Source: Bryobacteraceae bacterium (GTDB taxonomy: Bacteria; Acidobacteriota; Terriglobia; Bryobacterales; Bryobacteraceae). From it: 38,131 bases of DNA. The stretch spans positions 1 to 38,131 of the forward strand of contig DASQDN010000318.1 of assembly GCA_035634155.1 (NCBI GenBank). Direction: 5' to 3'. The translations under genes were made by a program, and so were the position numbers. Shown piece after piece: positions 29,003 to 36,931 of the stretch. Under the pieces are notes generated by a model that made no database searches, had not been told where the DNA came from, and worked only from the letters and a program-made list of their open reading frames with translations. The stretch's first letter is position 1; each line of letters starts with the position of its first letter.

Positions 29003-30673
29003 ATGAGACGGACCTTTCTTTTATTTGCTGCTCTGCTTCCGGTACTCGCGCAAGAGCGTGTGACGATTCGCGTTGACGCTGCCACCGCGCGTGGACCCGT
29101 ACGACCCGTGTACAGTTTCTTCGGGTACGACGAGCCGAACTACACGTACATGAAGGACGGCCAGAAACTGCTGACGGAGCTTGCCGCCTTGAGTCCAGTG
29201 CCGGTGCATGTGCGTGCTCACAACATGCTGACGACCGGGGATGGCAAGGCTGCGTTGAAGTGGGGCTCGACGAACGCGTATACCGAAGATGCGAACGGCA
29301 ATCCTAAGTATGACTGGACGATTGTGGATCGAATCTTCGACACGTATGTCGAGCGCAAGATGAAGCCGATGGTGGAGATCGGATTCATGCCGGAAGCGCT
29401 ATCCACAAATCCTCAGCCGTACCGGCATAACTGGGATCCGTCGCAGCCCTACAAGTCCATCTACACGGGCTGGGCATATCCACCGAAGGATTACAAGAAG
29501 TGGTCGGAGCTGATTTATCAGTGGGTGAAGCACTCGGTGGAGCGGTATGGTCGCGAGGAAGTGGCGAGCTGGTATTGGGAAGTTTGGAATGAGCCGAATA
29601 TTCCCTACTGGCAAGGAACTCCGGAAGAGTATTTCAAGCTGTACGACTATTCGGTTGACGCGGTGAAGCGGGCGCTGCCGGGTATACGCGTCGGCGGACC
29701 GACGAGCACCGGTCCGGGGTCGCCGAACGCGGCCAAGTTCTTGAAGGATTTTCTGGAGCATGTGGTGCGCGGCAAGAATTATGCTACGGGCAAGACGGGT
29801 TCGCCGATTGACTACATCACGTTCCATGCCAAGGGTCGACCGAAGGTGGTGGATGGGCATGTGCAGATGGGCAGCGAGTTCCAGATGCGCGACATCGACC
29901 AGGGCTTCGCGATCGTGGCTTCGTTTCCGGAGTTAAAGAAACTGCCGATCCTCATCGGAGAATCGGATCCGGAGGGGTGTGCGGCGTGCTCGGTGCGGTT
30001 TAATCCGCAGAATGCTTATCGCAACGGCACGATGTATTCGAGCTACACGGCGGCGACGTTTGCGCGTAAGTTCGAGTTGGCGGCTCGGCATGGTGTGAAT
30101 TTTGAGGGCGCGGTGACATGGGCGTTCGAGTGCGAGGACCAGCCGTACTTTGACGGCTTTCGCGATCTTGCGACGAATGGCATCGACAAGCCGGTGTTGA
30201 ATGTGTTTCGCATGATGGGGATGATGCGGGGCAATCGCGTAGATGCTTCGAGTTCACAGCAGTTGAAGCTGGATGAGATGTTGAAGGGCGGAGTGAAGCA
30301 AGGCGGGGATGTCGGCACGGTCGCGAGTCGGGAAGCGAACCGGGTGAATGTGATGGTGTGGTTTTATCACGACGACGATGTGGCATCGCCCGATGCGCAG
30401 ATCGATCTGCAGGTGGCGGGAATTCCTGCGACCGCGTCGCGCGTACTGGTGCGGCATTATCGCGTGGACAAGGATCACAGCAATTCGTATACGGTGTGGC
30501 AGCAGATGAACTCGCCGCAAAAGCCGACGGCGGAGCAGTATAAGGCGTTGGAGAAGGCTGGGCAGTTGGCGATGGTCGGGTCGCCTGCGTGGACGCCCGT
30601 GAAAGCAGGCGCGTTGACGCTGCCGTTCAGTTTGCCACGGCAAGGTGTGTCGCTGGTGCAGATCGAGTGGTGA
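29003..30673 (+). CDS. Secreted glycoside hydrolase, GH39-like (beta-xylosidase / alpha-L-iduronidase clan GH-A)
   Basis: Signal peptide MRRTFLLFAALLPVLAQE. Acid/base region WYWEVWNEPNIPYW and candidate nucleophile PILIGESDPEG. Starts 10 nt after the receptor stop. Family assignment is by motif memory only. Confidence 0.65.
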   Translation: MRRTFLLFAALLPVLAQERVTIRVDAATARGPVRPVYSFFGYDEPNYTYMKDGQKLLTELAALSPVPVHVRAHNMLTTGDGKAALKWGSTNAYTEDANGNPKYDWTIVDRIFDTYVERKMKPMVEIGFMPEALSTNPQPYRHNWDPSQPYKSIYTGWAYPPKDYKKWSELIYQWVKHSVERYGREEVASWYWEVWNEPNIPYWQGTPEEYFKLYDYSVDAVKRALPGIRVGGPTSTGPGSPNAAKFLKDFLEHVVRGKNYATGKTGSPIDYITFHAKGRPKVVDGHVQMGSEFQMRDIDQGFAIVASFPELKKLPILIGESDPEGCAACSVRFNPQNAYRNGTMYSSYTAATFARKFELAARHGVNFEGAVTWAFECEDQPYFDGFRDLATNGIDKPVLNVFRMMGMMRGNRVDASSSQQLKLDEMLKGGVKQGGDVGTVASREANRVNVMVWFYHDDDVASPDAQIDLQVAGIPATASRVLVRHYRVDKDHSNSYTVWQQMNSPQKPTAEQYKALEKAGQLAMVGSPAWTPVKAGALTLPFSLPRQGVSLVQIEW

Positions 30674-30686
30674 CATAATCGTCGGA

Positions 30687-31808
30687 GTGAGAGCAACTAC
30701 ACTCCTTCTGGTTGCGGCCAGCGCGTATTCGGCCACGGTCGCCGAGCGAATGCGCGAGATGATCGACAAGCGCGAGATTCCCGGCGCGGTTACGGTTGTG
30801 GTGAATGAGAAGAAGGTCACTCATCTGGAGGCGATTGGTCACGCCGATCCGGAAGGCAAGGTTCCGCTCGCCACCGATGCGATTTTTTGGATTGCGTCGA
30901 TGACGAAGCCGATCACGGCGACGGCTGTGCTTCAGATGCAGGAGGCAGGCAAGCTGTCGATTGACGATCCGGCTTCGAAGTACATCCCCGAGTACGCGAA
31001 TCTAAAGACGAAAGACGGCAAGCCGGTGACAATCACGCTGCGTCATATGTTGACGCATACTTCGGGCCTGGCCGAGGCTGCGCGCGCCGAGTCGGCTGAA
31101 GCGAAGAAGCTGGCGGATCTGATTCCGGTGTTTGCTTCCAAGCCGGTGTTATTTGAGCCAGGGTCGAAGTGGCTGTATTCGCAGTCGGGGATCAATTCGC
31201 TGGGACGGATCGTGGAGATTGTGTCAGGGGAGCCGTTCGAGGTTTACCTGGAGAAGCATATCTTCGCGCCGTTGAAGATGAAGGATACGACCTTCTATTT
31301 GACGGAGAAGCAGATGTCGCGGCTGGTGACTCCGGCCCGGCTGGAGAACGGCGTCCTTTCGGCGACGGGGAACATCATTCTTGGAAAGGCCTCGCCGACG
31401 TCTCGGGACCGGTATCCGGCGGCCAATGGCGGGCTGTTTTCGACTGCTTCGGACTATGCGCAGTATGTGCGGATGCTGTTGAACGACGGGACTCTGGATG
31501 GGACGCGCATTCTGAAGCCTGGGAGCGTGAAGCTGATGCGGACGATTGCTACCGGCACGCTGCAGGCGGGGTTCATTCCTGGGCATGGATGGGGGCTGGG
31601 TGTGGGTGTTGTGCGGGAGCCGCAGGGGATGACGCGGATGCTGTCGCCGGGGACTTTCGGCCATGGCGGGGCGTACGGGACTCAGGCTTGGATTGATCCG
31701 GTGAAGAAGGTAGGGTACATCCTGATGGTGCAGCGTTCGAACTTTGGGAATAACGATGGTTCGGCGGTGCGGATGGCGTTTCAGGAGGCGGCTGCTGGGG
31801 TGAAGTGA
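30687..31808 (+). CDS. Beta-lactamase-related serine hydrolase (class C / esterase EstB-like)
   Basis: S-x-x-K in FWIASMTKPITATAVLQ, YSQSG (Y-x-N position) and FGHGGAYG (KTG-equivalent). The start is uncertain: GTG 30687 gives a signal-like VRATTLLLVAASAYSA, while the track start at 30645 overlaps GH39. Confidence 0.75.
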   Translation: MRATTLLLVAASAYSATVAERMREMIDKREIPGAVTVVVNEKKVTHLEAIGHADPEGKVPLATDAIFWIASMTKPITATAVLQMQEAGKLSIDDPASKYIPEYANLKTKDGKPVTITLRHMLTHTSGLAEAARAESAEAKKLADLIPVFASKPVLFEPGSKWLYSQSGINSLGRIVEIVSGEPFEVYLEKHIFAPLKMKDTTFYLTEKQMSRLVTPARLENGVLSATGNIILGKASPTSRDRYPAANGGLFSTASDYAQYVRMLLNDGTLDGTRILKPGSVKLMRTIATGTLQAGFIPGHGWGLGVGVVREPQGMTRMLSPGTFGHGGAYGTQAWIDPVKKVGYILMVQRSNFGNNDGSAVRMAFQEAAAGVK

Positions 31809-31905
31809 GGAGAGGGTCGAGCCATCAGGGACCGTTAGGTTCTATGATTGACCAAGCTCGCACGGACTGCTAAAGGCCGGCAAGCTTCTTTCCGATTGTA
31901 GAAGT

Positions 31906-32661
31906 ATGCCGCAGCTCGTAGTGGGCGGGCAGCGCAGCCCCCACTTTCGACGGATGGCGGGCCATCGCCATTCTCTTAGTGATGGGATCCCGCGCCGCTA
32001 CGGGATTCTACTCGACCCGGGATGACTATTATGCGCATTCCCTTGGGTGTACGGCGCGTTCGGAGTAGATGTCTTTTTTGGGCTCAGCGGTCTGCTTATT
32101 ACGCCGGTGCTGCTCGAAGAGAGTGCCAGGTCCGGAATCCGGCTGAAGGCCTTTTCCATTCGCCGGGCCTTCCGCATCCTTCCGCCCGCTCTCGCTTACA
32201 TCGCGGTGATTGGGTTAACGGGATTGATCGTGAGTTGGCCTGAGTTTGTGGGCTCGGTGTTGTTTTTTCGCAACTACGTCTCGTCTGCCATCAGTTCGTT
32301 TGCGACGCAACATTTATGGTCGCTGTCGGTGATCCTGGCCGGAACCGCGCTGAATGCGACCACACGACTGGCGCGCATTCTCGACTGGCGCTTCCTGCGA
32401 TGGATCGGAAGGATTTCTTACAGCTTGTACTTGTGGCAGCAGGTGTTTCTTATGCCGGGTTGGGGCCTAAGATCCATGTGGCAGGCGTGGCCCCTTAACG
32501 TTGGCGCAGTTCTCGGGTGTGCAGTGCTTAGCTACTACATTCTGGAGCGACCGATGATATCGATCGGAAGGCGCTTGGCCGGCCGTCTAGACAGCACTCC
32601 GCGAGAGTCGCCGCTCATGGAGCCCGAAGTGAGCGGGCCGGTGGTTTTGCCTTCGCGTTAG
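31906..32661 (+). pseudogene. Disrupted acyltransferase family 3 (OafA/YrhL-like) gene: two frameshifts plus an apparent internal deletion
   Basis: Three frames carry consecutive pieces. MPQLVVGGQRSPHF starts at ATG 31906. FDGWRAIAILLVMGSRAATGFY...HSLG follows after a T-run at 31945-31947 and ends at TAG 32065-32067. (V)YGAFGVDVFFGLSGLLITPVLLEE...RRAFRILPP...HLWSLSV starts at 32047. The HLWSLSV motif is then followed after only ~25 aa by the C-terminal RWIGRISYSLYLWQ motif. The total is ~250 aa versus the ~350-400 aa usual for the family. Confidence 0.65.
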
Positions 32662-32699
32662 AACGCTCGCGCGGCATTTAAGCCGCTGGAGGCCATCGC

Positions 32700-34583
32700 T
32701 CACTTGATCGCCATCTTCTCCAGGGCGTCGCCTCCCGCGGGCAGGGCCGTGGCGCCGGGTTTGAAGCCGTTTAGTTCCAGGATATAGGCGACGATGTTTG
32801 CGTATGTCTCAGCGGGCAGGGATGCTGGGGCGGCGGGGGGCATGGTCTTGTGCGACTTATCGTATAGGGCTTTGACTGTGCGGTTGAACCATGTCGTCCT
32901 GAAGTACTCGCCTGCGAGGGGCGTGCCCATTGTGCCGTTGGTCATGCTGCTGCCGTGGCAGACGGCGCAATTCGCGTTGTAGGCGGTCTTGCCCACGGCG
33001 GCTTGCGCGGCCGTGAATTGCGGTGGCGTGGCGTTGGCTATCGCGGCGGAAGAGGCTCGGGGTTCGTCGGGCTGGGGCTTGGCGGCCTGGCTGATTAGTT
33101 TCGGCTCCTCGGTCTCTTTGCCTGTGCCTTCGCCGGTGTAGGTGAAGGCCAGGATGGCGCCGGAATCCTGCATGCGGCGCGCGACTCCTCCTGCCATCGA
33201 TTGCGATATACCGCCCGCGTCCGTCGCTACATAGATTGTCTTGCCGTCCGGGCTCACGGCCGTGTCCCGGAAGCGGTTCTCGGATTGGAAGTAGCGGGAC
33301 ATGTGCCCGGCTGACGCTTGGCCGTTCGGCTTCAGAGGCACTACGTAAAGTGAGCCGCGCTTGAGCGTGGTCACAAAGAGTACCCGGTCCCAACCGGGGA
33401 TGCCTTTCGATTGATAGTGCTCAATGCTGGACGCGGCGACGGTGGGCCAGCAGATGAAGTTGACGCCGCGGCAGGCAGGATCGCTGAAATTGTAATCGTT
33501 CGGAACCGTGAACATCGTCGCCAGCGGGTCGATCATCGGCTTGGTGAATGCCGATTCGGGCTCGCGCGGCACCGACGGGTGGATCGCGAGATCGCTGAAC
33601 CGGATTTGCGAACACGGAGTGGTCGCCTCGGCCCAGCGCGCGAACTCGTATGCCTTGTTGTCTTTGAGTCCGGCAACGTGCGGCCAGCCGTAGTTGCCGC
33701 CCGGCTTCAGGATGTTTACTTCATCGTCGGTCTTAGGGCCCTGCTCGGATGAGTAGATAGTTCCATCGGGCGCGAAGTCGAGGCCCTGCGGGTTGCGGTG
33801 GCCGTAGGTGAAGACGTGGCTGATTACGCCGTTGATCTTGGGATTGTCGTTGGGGATGGACCCGTCCATGTTGATGCGTAGCGACTTGCCTTGGTATGCG
33901 ACGAAGTCCTTGGTCGCGATTTCTTTTTGTGTGGGCAGGCGCTGGGATTCAACCGCGAGGCAGGAGTTGCCGAGTTGATTGTGGCCCTGATCTCCGATGG
34001 TGAGATAAAGCTTCCGGTCGGGACCGATCTTCAAGCGGCCCGCCAGGTGATCGTTACCAGCGGGTAGACCTTCGATGACGGTGGTGGGATCGGAAAGGGT
34101 CTCGGCGGCCGCGTCGTACGTGAAGCGCACGATCTTCATGTAAAGAAAGCGGTACGGGCTGTCGGCGGCCGTAATGTTCGGGTCCGCGCCGCGGCCCTTG
34201 TCCTGATAGGTATAGGCCACGTACACGTGATCGGTGTTCCGGCGCTTGAGCAGGTCGGGATGCAACGCCATGCCCAAGAGGCCGTCCTGACCACCGGGGG
34301 CGGAGACTTCATCGATAGTGGCAGCCACTTTGCGGTCGCCACTTGTGGGATCGATGCGCGTGATGCGCTTGCCGCTGCGTTCGGTAAGCCAGAGTTTGCC
34401 GTCTGGACCCCATGTGATTTCCCACGGATTGGCCAGTCCCGACGCGACTACGGTTCTGCGAAACTGCTTGGTTCCGCGTTGCACGGTTTCGGGTCCGTCT
34501 TGCCCCTTAAGCTGCGCAGACAGAGTAAGGAATGTTAATAAAACTAAAGCCTGAGTATAAACGCGCACGAACATCTCCCACAT
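32700..34583 (-). CDS. PQQ-dependent sugar (glucose/sorbosone-type) dehydrogenase beta-propeller fused to a C-terminal mono-haem cytochrome c domain
   Basis: Signal-like N-terminus. GLANPWEITWGPDGKLWLTERSGKRITRI and GHRNPQGLDFAPDGTIYSSEQGPKTDDEVNILKPGGNYGWP. A Pro/Ala linker is followed by TAYNANCAVCHGS (CxxCH at about 32955-32969) and KTMPP (Met ligand). Confidence 0.85.
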   Translation of the reverse strand: MWEMFVRVYTQALVLLTFLTLSAQLKGQDGPETVQRGTKQFRRTVVASGLANPWEITWGPDGKLWLTERSGKRITRIDPTSGDRKVAATIDEVSAPGGQDGLLGMALHPDLLKRRNTDHVYVAYTYQDKGRGADPNITAADSPYRFLYMKIVRFTYDAAAETLSDPTTVIEGLPAGNDHLAGRLKIGPDRKLYLTIGDQGHNQLGNSCLAVESQRLPTQKEIATKDFVAYQGKSLRINMDGSIPNDNPKINGVISHVFTYGHRNPQGLDFAPDGTIYSSEQGPKTDDEVNILKPGGNYGWPHVAGLKDNKAYEFARWAEATTPCSQIRFSDLAIHPSVPREPESAFTKPMIDPLATMFTVPNDYNFSDPACRGVNFICWPTVAASSIEHYQSKGIPGWDRVLFVTTLKRGSLYVVPLKPNGQASAGHMSRYFQSENRFRDTAVSPDGKTIYVATDAGGISQSMAGGVARRMQDSGAILAFTYTGEGTGKETEEPKLISQAAKPQPDEPRASSAAIANATPPQFTAAQAAVGKTAYNANCAVCHGSSMTNGTMGTPLAGEYFRTTWFNRTVKALYDKSHKTMPPAAPASLPAETYANIVAYILELNGFKPGATALPAGGDALEKMAIK

Positions 34584-34692
34584 AGGATGATAAGCGGCTC
34601 AGCGGGGCGGTCCGCAATTTTGATGTTTTCCTTATACGAGCCTGGATAGTTTTGATACGGCATTTATCGCCCGCTGGTTACTCTGAGGGCGC

Positions 34693-36921
34693 ATGGCAAC
34701 GATCGAACGCTCGCAGATAGAAGGCGCAACGCAGCCGAAAGTTGTGGTGGCCACCACCGTGGCATTGTCGTTCATTTCGCTGTGGCGCGCCGCGGCGGTG
34801 GTGTTGAATGACATGGCATCGACGATGTTCTACATCGGCGGAATCACCGAGCACGCCGTAGGGAAACCGGCGCCGTGGCTGGTGATGGCGGTGATGCTGT
34901 TCAGCTTTGCGGTCCGCTCGGTGTACATGGAGAGCTGCGGGATGTTTGTGCGCGGCGGAGTGTACGTGGTTGTCCGCGACAGTATGGGCGCGACGATGGC
35001 GAAGCTTTCGGTTTCCTCGCTGGTGGTGGATTACATCCTGACGGGCCCGATCAGCGCGGTGGCGGCCGGGCAGTATCTTGGCAGGCTGCTGAATGAGCTG
35101 AGCGAGTCGGGGCATCAGGTGTGGCGGGTTGACCCGAACTGGTTTTCGGTGGTGTTCAGTGTGGTGGTGACCGCTTACTTCTGGTGGAGCAACGTGAAAG
35201 GCGTTCCAGAGTCGAGCGGAAAGGCGCTGCGGATTATGCAGGTGACCACGGTAATGGTCCTGACTCTGTTGATCTGGGCGCCGATCACGCTTCTGATGCG
35301 GGGCAATGTGGCACTGCCACCCGCGCCTACGACAGCCAACCTGCAGATCTCGGCCGAATCCTGGGGATGGCTGGAAGGCACGTTCTTCACGCAACTGCCG
35401 TTTGTGATCCTGGTGGTGGCGCTGGGGCATTCGCTACTGGCGATGAGCGGCTTTGAGACGCTGGCTCAGGTTTACCGCGAACTCGCCTACCCGAAGCTGA
35501 AGAATCTGCGGTTGACCGCGAACATCATCTGCACTTACGCGCTGCTGAGTACGGGACTGATTTCGATTCTGGCGGTGATGATCATTCCCGATGCCACACG
35601 GGCGAATTACTACGACAACATGATCGGCGGCCTGGTGATGAACCTGGCGGGACCGGAAATGTTGAAGCTCGGGTTTCACATATTTGTGGTGATTGTGGGC
35701 GTGCTGATTCTTTCGGGCGCGGTGAACACCTCCCTGATCGGTGTGAATGGTGTGTTGAATCGTGTAGCTGAAGATGGCGTACTACTGGACTGGTTCCGCA
35801 AGCCACACCCGAAGTACGGCACGACAATTCGCATTCTGACCGTGATGGCGTTGCTGCAGGTGGCCACGATTGTCGCTAGCCGGGGTGACGTGCTGCTGCT
35901 GGGGGAAGCTTACGCCTTCGGCGTGGTGTGGAGCTTCGCCCTCAAGTCGATGGGTGTGTTGGCGCTGCGCTTCCAAAGGAACGATCAGGAGTATCGGACG
36001 CCTTTCAACGTGCGAATCGGGCGATATGAGCTTCCGGTCGGCCTGGCGGCGACAACGCTGGTGCTGGTGATGGTGGGAGTGGCCAACCTGTTCTCGAAGC
36101 GGACTGCCACCATCTATGGCCTGACTTTCACGGTCGCATTGTACGTTCTGTTTGTTATCTCCGAGCGAATCAATGCGCGTAAGAAGGCAGGGCGCCGCAC
36201 CGAACTCGAGCAGTTCAACCTGGAGCATCAGACAGAGGTGACGAGTGACACCTTGCGGGCTCGCCCGGGATGCGTATTGGTCGCGGTGCGTGATTACCTC
36301 CGGATGCCGCACCTGTACCAGGTGCTCGAGAAGACAGATCTGCGGAGGCAGGACATTGTGGTGATGACGGTTCGGCCGTTGTCGGCGGGAGATGCCGAAT
36401 ATGAATTGCGGAACGACCAGGTCTTCGCCGAGTACGAGCAGGAGTTGTTCTCGCACGTGGTTGCGGCGGCGGAGAAGCAGGGAAAGGGAGTGGAACTACT
36501 GGTAGTGCCGGCGGTGAATCCTTTCGACGCGATGGTGCAGACGGCTGCCAACCTGCGCGCATCGAAGCTGGTAACCGGCGTCTCGGCGCGGATGCCGGCG
36601 GAGGAACTGGCACAACGGATCGGGCTCGCTTGGGAGCGACTGCCACAGCCGCGGCAGCCCTTTTCGTTGGAAGTGATCGCGCCGGGCAGGCCCTCGACGT
36701 TTGTGAATCTGGGACCGCATCCGCCGCGGCTTTGGCCCGAAGATGTGGATCGCTTGCACGAGCTTTGGCTGAGGCTAACGGCCGAGCCGGAGCTTGGGTC
36801 GAAGCTCCATCACAGGGATGTCGTAGGACTGGCTCTGGCTCGGCTGGAGAGCGAGTTCGCGGGGCCAAATAAGCAGGAGATTATTGCGTCGGCAAGCGGC
36901 ATTGTGCAGACGCACGAATGA
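34693..36921 (+). CDS. APC-superfamily permease fused to a C-terminal cytoplasmic Usp-like domain
   Basis: About 480 aa with ~12 hydrophobic segments (VVVATTVALSFISLWRAAAVVLNDMAST..., GGVYVVVRDSMG...). The tail then reads RPGCVLVAVRDYLRMPHLYQVLEKT...QDIVVMTVRPL...ELFSHVVAAAEKQGKGVELLVVPAVNPFDAMVQTAANLRASKLVTGVS, a Usp-like strand/helix alternation without an obvious G-x2-G-x9-G(S/T) ATP motif. Confidence 0.75.
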   Translation: MATIERSQIEGATQPKVVVATTVALSFISLWRAAAVVLNDMASTMFYIGGITEHAVGKPAPWLVMAVMLFSFAVRSVYMESCGMFVRGGVYVVVRDSMGATMAKLSVSSLVVDYILTGPISAVAAGQYLGRLLNELSESGHQVWRVDPNWFSVVFSVVVTAYFWWSNVKGVPESSGKALRIMQVTTVMVLTLLIWAPITLLMRGNVALPPAPTTANLQISAESWGWLEGTFFTQLPFVILVVALGHSLLAMSGFETLAQVYRELAYPKLKNLRLTANIICTYALLSTGLISILAVMIIPDATRANYYDNMIGGLVMNLAGPEMLKLGFHIFVVIVGVLILSGAVNTSLIGVNGVLNRVAEDGVLLDWFRKPHPKYGTTIRILTVMALLQVATIVASRGDVLLLGEAYAFGVVWSFALKSMGVLALRFQRNDQEYRTPFNVRIGRYELPVGLAATTLVLVMVGVANLFSKRTATIYGLTFTVALYVLFVISERINARKKAGRRTELEQFNLEHQTEVTSDTLRARPGCVLVAVRDYLRMPHLYQVLEKTDLRRQDIVVMTVRPLSAGDAEYELRNDQVFAEYEQELFSHVVAAAEKQGKGVELLVVPAVNPFDAMVQTAANLRASKLVTGVSARMPAEELAQRIGLAWERLPQPRQPFSLEVIAPGRPSTFVNLGPHPPRLWPEDVDRLHELWLRLTAEPELGSKLHHRDVVGLALARLESEFAGPNKQEIIASASGIVQTHE

Positions 36922-36931
36922 TAATGACAAC

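Noticed and set aside
34618-34656. Direct repeat TTTTGAT (34618-34624 and 34650-34656) in the AT-rich divergent spacer between the PQQ dehydrogenase and the permease.
   Set aside because: A 7-mer repeat in a short AT-rich promoter region is easily produced by chance, and it may simply be part of -35/-10 elements. There is no third copy and no palindromic structure.
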